Source of the DNA: a virus | Direction: 5' to 3' (one strand) | IMG/VR virus record: IMGVR_UViG_3300030104_003872 | Coordinates: 11,291-75,290 of that record | DNA length: 64,000 bases | Shown here: piece by piece, positions 40,034 to 50,548 of the stretch | Layout: each line of letters begins with the position of its first letter | Position numbering within the stretch: position 1 is the first letter of the stretch | Made by a program: the position numbers and the translations under genes | The notes under the pieces: generated by a model | The model's database searches: none | What the model was told of the DNA's origin: nothing | What the model saw: only the letters and a program-made list of their open reading frames with translations

Positions 40034-41359
40034 ATGGATGTATTCAAATCAACACAAAATTACTGCGACTTAAATTATCTAATTGATTTAGAGGATAAGA
40101 TACCTATATTCCTAGCGTCAGTTGGCTCGCATATATTCAATTCTATGAACAAGTGTGCTACCTGTGACTTTACAGAAGGCGAAGAGTTTGTAATCGAACC
40201 ATGCCCTATGAGACACCCTAATGCCCCATTCTATACACCCGGAGCAAGAGCGGCCGACACACGCCTACATATATTAATGAGAGGCATGAAGGGTTCGGGT
40301 AAGTCAATCCTAATCGACACATTTTTAGCACAAGGCACAGGTCTGCTTTGGAATCCAAAAGGGTTTAAGGGAGAAGGCTTCCGAACCATGATAGGACCTA
40401 ATAGCGTAACAGAAGCAGGTATGTTTGGGTCAGTAAATGAAGATGGTATTATAGTGGGGCGACCACTTGCACGTGAGATGTGTGGTGGGTTCTTAGGTTT
40501 TGAAGAGTTTAGTACATTAGTTGATGCAGGGAATAAAGACCATAGTACCGATATGATGAATCAAATGCTTACATCAACAGATAATGGTCGTGTGAATAAA
40601 TCTATGCGAAGTGGATGGGTGAGATACACAACCCGATATACTGTATGGGGTGGAACACAACCCGGTCGTTTTGAATTAGAATCCGGTATGGATAGGAGAT
40701 TCTTTATCATAGATATAGACATGAACCCCGAAAAGGAATTAGCATTCAAAAGAGCAAATCAACAACAGGCAAATATGCCCCACGAAAGAAGGCTCAAGAT
40801 ACACAACTTAAGAGAAGCAATAAGAAAGTTTTTGATGCACAGGCAATTAGAGGCTATTTTGAATCCCCCTGTTCAAGTACGATTCGGTAGTGATGTTCAA
40901 GATTGGTTAGAGAATAAAGATGTTCGTTCATGGGAAGCGGATTTGTTTAGGAGATTAATGATAGGGTATTGGATGATGCAACCTGAGTATAAACCAATGC
41001 CTATATTTGAGATTTCGATAAACCCTCAACTAAGAAAGTATCTTGATGATGCTTTGAGAATGCGAAGAACTGTAATGGACGCAGACATGGAGTTAATCAA
41101 ATCAACTTTCTGGGGTCAAGACTTGCCTAAATCAACACTAGTGAAAGAGGTTGCTAGAATGGTTACTAACGGGGATTATCAGTCATCGAAGAGATGGATT
41201 GAAGAATCATTACAAGGTAATTCTTGGTACAGAGAGTTCAAAGCAACTAAAGAAGGTAGGGGCAGAAAGGGGGTTATGTGCCGAATAGGTTATGAACCCT
41301 CGCCTGTTCGGAAGAAACCAGAGTTGAACTGGGGCGAATGGAAGGAGGCATCGGCATGA
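40034..41359 (+). CDS. MCM-like AAA+ replicative helicase (N-terminally truncated)
   Basis: LHILMRGMKGSGKS, SVTEAGMFG, GGFLGFEEF, MDRRF arginine finger. Confidence 0.75.
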   Translation: MDVFKSTQNYCDLNYLIDLEDKIPIFLASVGSHIFNSMNKCATCDFTEGEEFVIEPCPMRHPNAPFYTPGARAADTRLHILMRGMKGSGKSILIDTFLAQGTGLLWNPKGFKGEGFRTMIGPNSVTEAGMFGSVNEDGIIVGRPLAREMCGGFLGFEEFSTLVDAGNKDHSTDMMNQMLTSTDNGRVNKSMRSGWVRYTTRYTVWGGTQPGRFELESGMDRRFFIIDIDMNPEKELAFKRANQQQANMPHERRLKIHNLREAIRKFLMHRQLEAILNPPVQVRFGSDVQDWLENKDVRSWEADLFRRLMIGYWMMQPEYKPMPIFEISINPQLRKYLDDALRMRRTVMDADMELIKSTFWGQDLPKSTLVKEVARMVTNGDYQSSKRWIEESLQGNSWYREFKATKEGRGRKGVMCRIGYEPSPVRKKPELNWGEWKEASA

Positions 41360-41997
41360 AAACAAGAAAATTGGTAGAAGAAAAATTAATGAAGTTGGGT
41401 TCTAAAGGAGATTGGGCTGACGCTCTTAGATGGGTTCTTACACCGCCCGACTGTCCTTTGTGTGAATCACCTAATAGAGTTGAATTAGAAATGAAGTTAT
41501 ACAGGGGCGAGACTACCGCATCATTCTTAGAACAAAAGTATGGTTGGCTACCCGGCTCAGTAAATGTTCATTTATCAGACCACGAAGATTACGACCCACT
41601 AAAAGCAGGGCTTATAGAAGCAATGCGACAAGATACAATAAACACAGTTAATCTAGCAGAAAATATGGCTCAAAGACTAACAACTTGGATTGATGAATTA
41701 GAAGCACAACGGTCTGCGGATTTCATAGATAGCGACTTTATTGCTGACGCAACTAGACTTACTTCTCAACTAGGTGGTTATCTAAAATTAGCAGGGCAAC
41801 TAAAGAAGGAGATTGGTGTTGATAATCAACTACTATTAGCACAACGTCAATTAGATGATATTATGTATGTTCTTGTCGATACTTTGAAGGAACATCCTAA
41901 ATTACTAGACCAAGTGGAATTAAGAGTATCAACAATGAAAGCACCTGCAATAGATGTGAGTTATACAGTTGAGGATGTTGAAGATAAAGATGACTAA
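41356..41997 (+). CDS. Zn/HTH plus helical protein, possible terminase small subunit
   Basis: CPLC.SPNR..LE..L..G...HL..H then a coiled coil; ATGA overlap at 41356. Confidence 0.4.
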   Translation: MKTRKLVEEKLMKLGSKGDWADALRWVLTPPDCPLCESPNRVELEMKLYRGETTASFLEQKYGWLPGSVNVHLSDHEDYDPLKAGLIEAMRQDTINTVNLAENMAQRLTTWIDELEAQRSADFIDSDFIADATRLTSQLGGYLKLAGQLKKEIGVDNQLLLAQRQLDDIMYVLVDTLKEHPKLLDQVELRVSTMKAPAIDVSYTVEDVEDKDD

Positions 41998-42319
41998 GTT
42001 CAAGTTTCTCGATACTGATTACATTCCCGATAAAGAGGAAATTGAAGTAATAGCAGATATGATTCCGAAAAGCGGAAGGGAAAAGTGGAGGAAAAGAAAT
42101 AGACACATAGCGACTAAACCTATACCAACAGAATTATTTCCCACGCTCGCTAATCTAATGATAGAAGATAATGTGAGATTTGTTTTGAATGACGAAGGTT
42201 ATCAATGGTTTCATGGAGAATACAAGGTTACAACTACCGCTATCCGTGAAGTATGGGGTTTGACAGAACATCAATGGAGACGGTTTATGCGGTGGTGTTA
42301 TAAGGGGTGGCCTTGCTGA
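41969..42319 (+). CDS. hypothetical protein
   Basis: Operon position; start probably 41990. Confidence 0.5.
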   Translation: MRMLKIKMTKFKFLDTDYIPDKEEIEVIADMIPKSGREKWRKRNRHIATKPIPTELFPTLANLMIEDNVRFVLNDEGYQWFHGEYKVTTTAIREVWGLTEHQWRRFMRWCYKGWPC

Positions 42320-42325
42320 CTTAAT

Positions 42326-42895
42326 ATGGATGAATGGGCGGAATATGAACTTTATCAGATTGAGCTCAATGATTACATGAATAAATTGGAGGAACAATAT
42401 ATGGAACAAGAAAAAGAATACGACAGCATAGAATGGAATCACGAAGCATGGGCTGAAAGGGACGAAGGAGCCTACAGCATCGTGGCGGTGATGGCCGGAG
42501 CAATAATGGAAAAAGGACAAGAACATCACTTTGTAGAGATGGTTCGTAACTTAGGTGCAAAGCATGAGCCACTATTGATAGGACAATCAGTTACACTTCC
42601 TGACCTAGAAGATAGAGACCACCCACTTCCAGAGACAGGTGGAAGGCATGATTTGTTTTTCGCATTTCATAACCTAGATATTGCTAGAGTTGCAGTACCT
42701 AGACTTATGTATGGTATTAGGTGGTGGTCAGATGTTGTGGATAATGAATGGAATCATATGTCCCTAGAGAATAAAGCAAACTACCGCGAACACACTATAT
42801 ATCCCGAATATGTATTTGAGACTTGCGGGTTTGGTGAAAATGAAGTTGCTGAGTTTTGGAATAATCCTTCACCTGTAAGGAGTGAAGAAGAGTGA
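42326..42895 (+). CDS. hypothetical phage protein
   Basis: TGGRHDLFF...RL.YGIRWW.DV. Confidence 0.55.
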   Translation: MDEWAEYELYQIELNDYMNKLEEQYMEQEKEYDSIEWNHEAWAERDEGAYSIVAVMAGAIMEKGQEHHFVEMVRNLGAKHEPLLIGQSVTLPDLEDRDHPLPETGGRHDLFFAFHNLDIARVAVPRLMYGIRWWSDVVDNEWNHMSLENKANYREHTIYPEYVFETCGFGENEVAEFWNNPSPVRSEEE

Positions 42896-43176
42896 AGAAG
42901 TATGATAGGAGAATGGCTTTACTAAAGGCAGTTGAGAATTGGTCTGGTTTGACTAATAATCATCACTTTACTACCATAGACATAATTAACTCGGGTGTTC
43001 TTGATAATGCTAGAGGTGCAAGTGGTAGGAAAATACCAAGAGGCTTTGGAATCAGTTTTTTCACCGTAAATGGTGGTCTATGTGAATTAGAGCGAATGGG
43101 TTTTATTAAACAAATTACAGACCAAGAACAAGGACAGATGAGATTATGGCGGTTCAATGGAGAGGCTACTGTATAG
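42892..43176 (+). CDS. putative winged-helix DNA-binding protein
   Basis: FTTIDI...L.ELERMGFIKQ...RLWR. Confidence 0.5.
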   Translation: MKKYDRRMALLKAVENWSGLTNNHHFTTIDIINSGVLDNARGASGRKIPRGFGISFFTVNGGLCELERMGFIKQITDQEQGQMRLWRFNGEATV

Positions 43177-43384
43177 AATGTTGTAAATGGCGACATTCCA
43201 AACACGTTATAGAAAATATTAGGTCAGGTGAAATGAGATGCAAGATATGTATTACACGACTTCTGATGATATGCAAGGCTTGTAAAGGAGATGGTAAATT
43301 GAAACATAAAGAAGGAGTTGAATTATGTTCCGCTTGTGCTGGTCATAGAGTTATACCACAACAACCTGTGAAGGAGATGATATA

Positions 43385-44050
43385 ATGGGAGTAATAATTT
43401 ATGCGGGTGATGATAAGGATTTCAAGAACGGAGACCATATAGTAATGTATGGTGAAATGACTTCTCCCCCTACTGCACCTAACACAACATATATTCTTCA
43501 TTGTGAATCATTCCCCCTATCTATGGCTAAAGAATGGGCTAATTTAGTAACATATAGGCTAGTTGTGATACCTAGAAAGGGTATTAGGGGCATTCGTGAA
43601 GGGGATAATATTCTAATCCACAAATCGGCTAAAACGGCTAAAAATAACTATAATTCACCAATCAATGCTATGATGAAGTGGTCAGACCGCAACAGGGCAT
43701 GGAAGGCTATGAAACCTGTCCCATTTGCTTTAGCAGAGGCATTTCATAAAGTAAATAGACCGAATGGTATAGAAGAGCAAAGGATAATCAGCAAAGCCCG
43801 CTATCAGATGGAAGAAGAATATGCAAAGGCGGCTCTTGTATTCGGAACAGAAGCGATTCACAGTCATGTCTCATGGCCTAAGAAGAAAGCAGACGAAAAT
43901 GATACAATCCCCTTTGGGTTCAGGTCTACTGATGTGTATGCTGATATGATAGTACAACACGCCCCCGAAGTACGAAATAAACTTAGAGCGATTGACCAAG
44001 CACCTTCTAGTATCAAGAAAACAAAGGAGTCATTGTTAGAATGGCTTTGA
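43385..44050 (+). CDS. putative clamp-loader accessory (degenerate RFC large subunit-like) with a C-terminal PIP-like motif
   Basis: Ends KTKESLLEWL*; lies near RFC small; AAGGAG RBS. Confidence 0.4.
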   Translation: MGVIIYAGDDKDFKNGDHIVMYGEMTSPPTAPNTTYILHCESFPLSMAKEWANLVTYRLVVIPRKGIRGIREGDNILIHKSAKTAKNNYNSPINAMMKWSDRNRAWKAMKPVPFALAEAFHKVNRPNGIEEQRIISKARYQMEEEYAKAALVFGTEAIHSHVSWPKKKADENDTIPFGFRSTDVYADMIVQHAPEVRNKLRAIDQAPSSIKKTKESLLEWL

Positions 44051-44211
44051 TTTGGGTTTTCCTTGCCTGTGTGGTATTTTACGCTCTCTTTCTAGTATTT
44101 TATGTATGTTTTATAAACCTCTTTCCAAAATATTCACCAGAAAAATTCTCCGGCCGAACTACCGATGATGATATAGATTTGTTGCTATCATCACTCTTCT
44201 TAGAACAGTAA
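44041..44211 (+). CDS. small membrane protein (not in ORF track)
   Basis: MALIWVFLACVVFYALFLVFYVCFINLF... Confidence 0.4.
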   Translation: MALIWVFLACVVFYALFLVFYVCFINLFPKYSPEKFSGRTTDDDIDLLLSSLFLEQ

Positions 44212-44248
44212 CCCTTTTAAGCAATGACAGGTCCGACAAAGTGGTAGT

Positions 44249-44773
44249 GTGGTTGGGCGAAGAAAGTCTTGGGGTTCGCGTGGGGATGAACATGAAGCCT
44301 TTGACCGAACACTAAGAAAAGGCCAATCATTATACTACATGGGAAGAAGAACGAAGGGAAATAGGATGACGGCACATAACGCAAGAATAAGAAGGGAATT
44401 AATCTATATCCTATGGGATGTCGATGAACCTTTGACCAAACAAGAGATTACAACACACTTAGAAAAAAGAATGAAACTAATTAACGCTCCTAGTGCTATA
44501 TCTTTAGGTACTATACTATCCCGAAACCCTCAAGTTAATTCTGAAAAGACCGTTATTATTACAACGGGTGATGGTAGAAGAAGGCGTGTTCCGCAGTACG
44601 AAATAAATAGCGAATTGATATATGAGATAGAAGATATAATCTTTACCTTGCCTTACAATGCACTAACTAAGAAAGAGCAAGAATCGGCAGTATTGTGTAA
44701 GGGATGCGGTAGGAGAAGATACTTCGATAATGATATGGATTTATGCCTTCAATGTACTAGGCTTCCAAAATGA
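44249..44773 (+). CDS. winged-helix plus Zn-ribbon protein (putative transcription factor)
   Basis: EPLTKQEI...SLGTILSRN; CKGC...CLQC. Confidence 0.55.
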   Translation: MVGRRKSWGSRGDEHEAFDRTLRKGQSLYYMGRRTKGNRMTAHNARIRRELIYILWDVDEPLTKQEITTHLEKRMKLINAPSAISLGTILSRNPQVNSEKTVIITTGDGRRRRVPQYEINSELIYEIEDIIFTLPYNALTKKEQESAVLCKGCGRRRYFDNDMDLCLQCTRLPK

Positions 44774-44947
44774 TTATAACCCCTGTCCTTTAGGGTTAGT
44801 TATGTCTGTACGTCCCGTAACTATGTCAGTACCTCAAAACGAAGAACTCAACTGTTATTTCTGTAATCTGAAATTAAATAATGAAGAAATAATATTTTAC
44901 AGAGTCTGTATGAATAATAAGTGGGGTACAGGTAGTGTATGTGAGAT

Positions 44948-45889
44948 GTGTTGGCGTGTAGCAGAAGAAGTAAGGGGATGGTACTCGTGAAAGTAATTTG
45001 GGCTGAAAAGTATCGACCTAAGATTTTGGATGAAGTATTATCACAGGATTCGGTAGTATCTGAAATGCGAGCGATTGTTAGCGGGGATGCACCCATGCAA
45101 CATTTCTTATTCCACAGTCCTGAGCCGGGTAGTGGTAAAACAACTATGGCGAGGGTTATGGCTGATGAATTAGGTTATCAACTACATGAGTTTAATGCTT
45201 CCACTAAGAAACAAAGAGGAATAGATTTTGTCGAAGATGATATTGCCCCTATGTCTAGGATTGGTCAGTTTGAAACTATATTCCTTCTTGACGAGGCAGA
45301 TAGAATTACACCGACTGCACAAGACGCATTGAAAGGTGTTATTGAGAACGCACAGGGATATTTCATTCTAACCTGCAACGACTTGAACAAAGTATCTCCT
45401 TGGCTCAAATCTAGGTGTCAAGTTAGGACCTTCAAACCTATACCCGATGACTTAGTAATGGAGCGTCTAAAACATATATGTGTTCAAGAAGCGGTAGAGA
45501 TGACCGAAGATGATTTGTTAATAATTATTAAGAAACATGGTGGTGATATGAGAAACGCTATTGGTGCATTACAGGCGGCCTCTTATCTATCCCCCATAGA
45601 TAGACAACAATTTATTGCATCCATAAGCACTCCGACCATAGATGCAGGTTCGGTTTTGACTATTTGCTTCAAAATGGGTAATGTTCCCGAAGCGGTCAAG
45701 ATATTGAGCCAAGCACCTGCACGTGAGGCTATTCATCAAGTATTCCTTAAAGCAATAGAGGCAAACATAACAGACCATGAAAAGAAGATGTTGGTTGTTG
45801 AAGCATCCATTCAAGCACGCAGAGACCTAATAAATGGTGTTCCCGAAGTGTATGTTATTTGGGAGTTTTGCCGATTTATAAGCCAATAA
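44948..45889 (+). CDS. rfcS: replication factor C small subunit (clamp loader)
   Basis: WAEKYRP, PGSGKTT, EFNAS, LLDEAD, AQDAL, SRC and GDMR; true start probably near 44978-44987. Confidence 0.95.
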   Translation: MLACSRRSKGMVLVKVIWAEKYRPKILDEVLSQDSVVSEMRAIVSGDAPMQHFLFHSPEPGSGKTTMARVMADELGYQLHEFNASTKKQRGIDFVEDDIAPMSRIGQFETIFLLDEADRITPTAQDALKGVIENAQGYFILTCNDLNKVSPWLKSRCQVRTFKPIPDDLVMERLKHICVQEAVEMTEDDLLIIIKKHGGDMRNAIGALQAASYLSPIDRQQFIASISTPTIDAGSVLTICFKMGNVPEAVKILSQAPAREAIHQVFLKAIEANITDHEKKMLVVEASIQARRDLINGVPEVYVIWEFCRFISQ

Positions 45890-45948
45890 AAGCAAATCCT
45901 TATAAGGGGTGGCTTGCGTGGGATAAGTAGGAGTAAAATGGTGATTAT

Positions 45949-47196
45949 ATGACCGATATTAATACAGAACAAATAGTAAAAGACCTTGCAAGCAACTTAG
46001 GTGTTGCTGAGGATAGGTTAAGACAGAAGATGAGTGAGGTGCTTGCAGAAAACGGAGCATCTTGGGCTAATGCAGGTAAAGACGAAACGACTTGCACTAT
46101 CCTTTCAGCCCGCGTTGCGGGTCGCCAACTAAAAATGATTGGTGAAAGACTGAAAAAGAGTGGACTAGAACAATTCGAGGGAATGTTCATTCGTGTACCA
46201 CCTTACAAGGATTGGGCTCAGATTGCTTACAGAAAGGCAGAACGCGAGTTGTCAGCAAGAGGTAACGTAAGTGACCCTGCAACACAGGCACAACTTAGAA
46301 ATGGTGCTTTAGTATATTACGAGGCTAGTGGAACAGGATATACCCGATATGCAAATGCCGGTCTAATGAACAAAACAGGTTTGAATGATGAGATTAGCGA
46401 AGCAACAGTTGATTCTCTTCCAAAGAATCATCACGAGTTACCTAACGGAGATGCTTTCTATCTGATTTGGAATAACACAACACCGACTTTCCCAAGCGGT
46501 GATGCTAACTTCAAATACGGAGCACCACGCCCCGCATCTGAAAAGGAGCGAACCTGCGTATTTTTGGGGAGAAAGGTTGGTTCAACTAGTGAGCCAGCAT
46601 TAATTAATGTTAGAGCAAACGGTAAGACTGCTGATACTCAGCACGCAACATTCCTACCCGGAACAATCGGACTTAGACCCGGACGAGATGGGAAAGTTGC
46701 TTATGCTAAAGAACTAAGCGACCTTGTACCTAACGATGAAGTGGCGGGAATATTCTCATCACCACCATTCGCTATCGGTGAAGCGGGTCCAGAAGGTATT
46801 GTACCGGATATGCTAGGCGGTCTTTACCCTAACGGAGGTATTCTGCCTTCATTCGCAACACTAGAACAATACCACACCGACCACAAAGATGATTCAGATT
46901 GGTGGGACCAGTGGGTAGGTATCGTTGGTGAAGTGGTACATATAGACCCGCGTGAGCGTGGTGGATATACAGTAACCCTCGGGGATATTGACATTACAAG
47001 TGTTGCACCCGGTCAGGATTTGGTTATTCCAAAGGCACAAGAGCACCTAGTTAATTTCGGTATCGGTTCGCAAATACTAATTGTCGGACAGACATACAAA
47101 TCTAGGGATGATGAAATGAGATTTACAACACATGGTTGGTGGTGCGTCGATTCAGTTGAGGCAGTATCGGTTGATGCAGAATCTTGGGAGGACTAA
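45949..47196 (+). CDS. ssDNA-binding protein (RPA/OB-fold)
   Basis: C-terminal OB-like VGIVGEVVHID...TVTLGD; acidic tail; next to the recombinase. Confidence 0.6.
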   Translation: MTDINTEQIVKDLASNLGVAEDRLRQKMSEVLAENGASWANAGKDETTCTILSARVAGRQLKMIGERLKKSGLEQFEGMFIRVPPYKDWAQIAYRKAERELSARGNVSDPATQAQLRNGALVYYEASGTGYTRYANAGLMNKTGLNDEISEATVDSLPKNHHELPNGDAFYLIWNNTTPTFPSGDANFKYGAPRPASEKERTCVFLGRKVGSTSEPALINVRANGKTADTQHATFLPGTIGLRPGRDGKVAYAKELSDLVPNDEVAGIFSSPPFAIGEAGPEGIVPDMLGGLYPNGGILPSFATLEQYHTDHKDDSDWWDQWVGIVGEVVHIDPRERGGYTVTLGDIDITSVAPGQDLVIPKAQEHLVNFGIGSQILIVGQTYKSRDDEMRFTTHGWWCVDSVEAVSVDAESWED

Positions 47197-47198
47197 GT

Positions 47199-48143
47199 AT
47201 GGCATGGGCTCAGAATACCAAGCCGAAGGCGTCGACCAAACCTGCATACACGGTTGACCATTATAGGGATTTATTCAATAAGAATGCCGACCGGAAATTG
47301 GGGGCAACCCCTGTCCGTATGGCTCTTGTTGGTAAAGAGAATACTGCTAAGACAGGACTCGCATTATCCCTATCAAGAACACCGGAAGAGGTTAAAGAAG
47401 GTAAAAAAGTTATTATCTTTGACTTCGACAATTCAGCAGAAGCAACCGTAAGGTTTGTTTATCCTAACGACCCTAATGTAATAATATTGAAACTGTTTGA
47501 CGAGATGGATGATTCTATCTTTGAAGAGGATGGTGTAACAGTATTGTGGCATGGTCTAGTAAAGAAAGTAAAGGCATTCGTGACCATAGCAGGGGATTTA
47601 GTCAACGAGGGTAATGTTGCTTCGATTATATTCGATGGCGGTAGTACCTTTTCCAAGTGGTGCGAGTTTAGTATGCGTGAATCACTATTAGAAAGAGGTG
47701 TAACAGAACACGAAGGCGATTCATTCAATCAGAAAGAGTGGCAGGAGAGAAACAGACTTTTCCGTGATACACTATATCGAGTACAGGCTTTACCTGTTGA
47801 TAGAGTATTCTTTACCTTCCATCTGAAAGACCACAAACAATATCTAGGTGATGGTGGAGGCAAAAAGGTTCTCATGAAAGTTGGTGAAAAGCCCGACTGG
47901 ATTGACGGTACTCAAAGAAATATGAGTCAACAGATATTCCTAGCGAGATACACCAAGAAAGGAGACGACGCGGCAGGGGTCAAATCTGATAAAACTCTTA
48001 AAGAAGGCGAGTTTGTTGTCCGTGCAACTGTTGAGGAAATGAAAGGGACAGGAAGTGAGTTTGTGGGAACAACTCACGATGTTCTCTTAATCAAGAATAA
48101 CAAAGTAACGTGGAACGGTCTACCTGACATGGGGTTGATATGA
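47199..48143 (+). CDS. RecA/RadA-superfamily ATPase (Sak4/AAA_24-like)
   Basis: ALVGKENTAKT, IFDFD, IIFDG, FTFH; GGAGG RBS before ATG 47199. Confidence 0.75.
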   Translation: MAWAQNTKPKASTKPAYTVDHYRDLFNKNADRKLGATPVRMALVGKENTAKTGLALSLSRTPEEVKEGKKVIIFDFDNSAEATVRFVYPNDPNVIILKLFDEMDDSIFEEDGVTVLWHGLVKKVKAFVTIAGDLVNEGNVASIIFDGGSTFSKWCEFSMRESLLERGVTEHEGDSFNQKEWQERNRLFRDTLYRVQALPVDRVFFTFHLKDHKQYLGDGGGKKVLMKVGEKPDWIDGTQRNMSQQIFLARYTKKGDDAAGVKSDKTLKEGEFVVRATVEEMKGTGSEFVGTTHDVLLIKNNKVTWNGLPDMGLI

Positions 48144-48342
48144 TGGATGATATGAAACAAACTCTTCAATACTTAAGGTCAGACATAGACACTTTGATGC
48201 TAGAAATGCGTACATTAAAAGAGGAAAATAGACAATTAAAATCAAGCCTAGAAATTATGGCTCAAAGATTGGCTAATGAAAGGAACGAACCTCTGATAAA
48301 ATGGACATAATCCTTATAAGTGGGTGCTAGGTGGAATAGAAT

Positions 48343-49170
48343 ATGTTAGTCAAGGCAAGCAACATGAAAAAGTTACTAGAAGTAACTGCGAGAAAACAAT
48401 TTGTAAATGGAAAACCTCAACAACAGGTAATAGGTTGTGTATTAAGAGGAACTCAGATGGATGAAGTAAGCACAACGAGTTTAGTTCGTGATGGTAAAAC
48501 ATCTATCGCACAGTTCTCAACTGTATGCGACTGGAAAGATGATGAACAGGCTATTGTTATCCCCGACATTGATAGAACACTAGGAGTTCTTTCAGCACAC
48601 AACGGAGATATAACTATGACGCAAGATGGTGGCTCATTAAGAATAAAGAGCAAAGGCAAGCAAACAACCATTGTTGCAGAGCCCGGTAGTTTAGCATTTC
48701 CTCACACACAAGAAACTATTGCTGAGTGGGAAAGTAAATCACTAACCCTTTCTGAGCAAGTCAATGAAGATGCAGGTTCTTACAAAATGCGAGATGGTTC
48801 TGACAGAAAAGCATTCTTTATGGCTGAGACTTCTGCGTCTATACTTCACGAGGCTTTGAAGGCTGATAACATGAACTCGCAGAAACTTAACCAATACACA
48901 TTCAGATATGACGGTCAAAATGTTCTATATGTTCAGACTGGTACTGACCTAAAAGGACAGACAGAAACAATACTGAACGACGATTGTCAGCAACAGGTTG
49001 AATCTTTCGAGGCAACTTATGAAGGTGGGCTTGAGCAAATACTATCACACTATGACGGTATGGTCAAACTATACTTCTTAGACTTCCGACCAGAAGGACA
49101 GGGTATCAGACTAATTGTTAGTTTTGATAACGGAGATTGGGTTTTCCAAGCGTGCGTTCTAAAGAGGTGA
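48343..49170 (+). CDS. DNA sliding clamp (PCNA-like)
   Basis: 275 aa with a two-domain alpha/beta pattern; same module as RFC and PolB; leaderless after CTTATAAG. Confidence 0.65.
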   Translation: MLVKASNMKKLLEVTARKQFVNGKPQQQVIGCVLRGTQMDEVSTTSLVRDGKTSIAQFSTVCDWKDDEQAIVIPDIDRTLGVLSAHNGDITMTQDGGSLRIKSKGKQTTIVAEPGSLAFPHTQETIAEWESKSLTLSEQVNEDAGSYKMRDGSDRKAFFMAETSASILHEALKADNMNSQKLNQYTFRYDGQNVLYVQTGTDLKGQTETILNDDCQQQVESFEATYEGGLEQILSHYDGMVKLYFLDFRPEGQGIRLIVSFDNGDWVFQACVLKR

Positions 49171-49175
49171 TTTGA

Positions 49176-49373
49176 ATGATAAGAAAAATTCTCCGGACTA
49201 CCTTTAATACTTCTTACGGAACGACGCATATTAACGTGTCTGATATTTCCGCTATCACAGAAACTAGAGATAGATTTGAAATCCATATGACTTCCGGTAC
49301 TATATTTACTACCGTTGATAAAGAAGGACCATATGTGTTTGTTACTAAATGGATGGAGGGGCGAATTGAATGA
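49176..49373 (+). CDS. small hypothetical protein (FlbD-like beta fold)
   Basis: HINVSDISAI...EIHMTSG; GAGGTGA RBS. Confidence 0.5.
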   Translation: MIRKILRTTFNTSYGTTHINVSDISAITETRDRFEIHMTSGTIFTTVDKEGPYVFVTKWMEGRIE

Positions 49374-50548
49374 GTATCGAAAGACATATCATTAGAACCC
49401 CATTAAGGGAGCGTTATGGTGCTCCACCTTTCAGCATCCTAGATGCACGACAAGGTTATTGGCAAGACAGAAAGCGTTGGTGGACTCGTAAAGGCATCCG
49501 GTCAGAATTAGGAAGGGGTGAGGCACTTATCGCTATGTCTAAATCGAACATGAAGTATATGTTTGGTAAAAAAGAGTACGATGTTGACCAGTTACAGAAA
49601 GAGGGAATCCTTCTAACTGATGAAGAAGTTGAAGTTGGTGGAGATTCTAAAGGTAACGCTAAGACATTCGCTATTGGAGATAAAGCAACGTGGAATGAAA
49701 CTAAGAGCGATACTAGAGCAATTCCAGGAGGAGGGACAGGTAAAAATAGTGTTTGGCTTCATAAGAAAGAAGATGGGAGCATGGGTGCTTCCCTAAAGGA
49801 AGAAGATGCTTTCAAGAATAGAGCAACAGGTACTTCTATATTCGACCCAGTCCTAACAGAATTAATGTACGATTGGTTTTGTCCGAAAGACGGTAGTATT
49901 CTTGACCCTTTCTGTGGTGGTTCTGTTAGAGGGATTGTCGCGGCTCATGGTAATCATCAGTATGCGGGTATGGAATTACGTTCCGACCAAGTACAAGCAA
50001 ATAGGATTCAAGGATTAGAGATACTAGGCGATACTGATTATCCTATGCCTAATTGGGTTGTTGGAGATGCACTAGACATACAAGATAAGATAGGTGGTCA
50101 ATGGGACATGGTATTTTCATGCCCCCCTTATGGTGACCTTGAAGTCTATTCAGAAGATGATAGGGATTTATCCACTATGGAACACCACGAGTTTTTAGAT
50201 TCATATAGAAATATTATTCAGCGTTCTGTTGATATGCTCAAGGATAATAGATTTGCAGTATTTGTTGTTGGGGATTTTAGAAACGAAAAAGGATTCTATC
50301 GTAACTTCGTTAGCGACACTATTGACGCATTCCAATCAGCAGGTGCTACCTTATACAATGAATGTATCTTAATTACAGTTGCAGGTAGCCTTCCTATAAG
50401 AGTACATAAGCAATTCGCTAACAATAGAAAGTTAGGTAAAACTCATCAGAATGTTTTAATCTTCTTCAAGGGTGACCCCAAGACTATACAGGATGAGTTC
50501 CATTATCTTGATGTTGAAGATAAGACAGAGGACGTGGAATGGCTTTAG
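49370..50548 (+). CDS. amino (N6-A/N4-C) DNA methyltransferase-fold protein with a C-terminal PIP-like motif
   Basis: PPFSILD, SIFDPVL.E, ILDPFCGGSVRG (motif I), FSCPPY (motif IV variant), LEVYS, HQNVLIF; ends VEWL*. Confidence 0.85.
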   Translation: MSIERHIIRTPLRERYGAPPFSILDARQGYWQDRKRWWTRKGIRSELGRGEALIAMSKSNMKYMFGKKEYDVDQLQKEGILLTDEEVEVGGDSKGNAKTFAIGDKATWNETKSDTRAIPGGGTGKNSVWLHKKEDGSMGASLKEEDAFKNRATGTSIFDPVLTELMYDWFCPKDGSILDPFCGGSVRGIVAAHGNHQYAGMELRSDQVQANRIQGLEILGDTDYPMPNWVVGDALDIQDKIGGQWDMVFSCPPYGDLEVYSEDDRDLSTMEHHEFLDSYRNIIQRSVDMLKDNRFAVFVVGDFRNEKGFYRNFVSDTIDAFQSAGATLYNECILITVAGSLPIRVHKQFANNRKLGKTHQNVLIFFKGDPKTIQDEFHYLDVEDKTEDVEWL

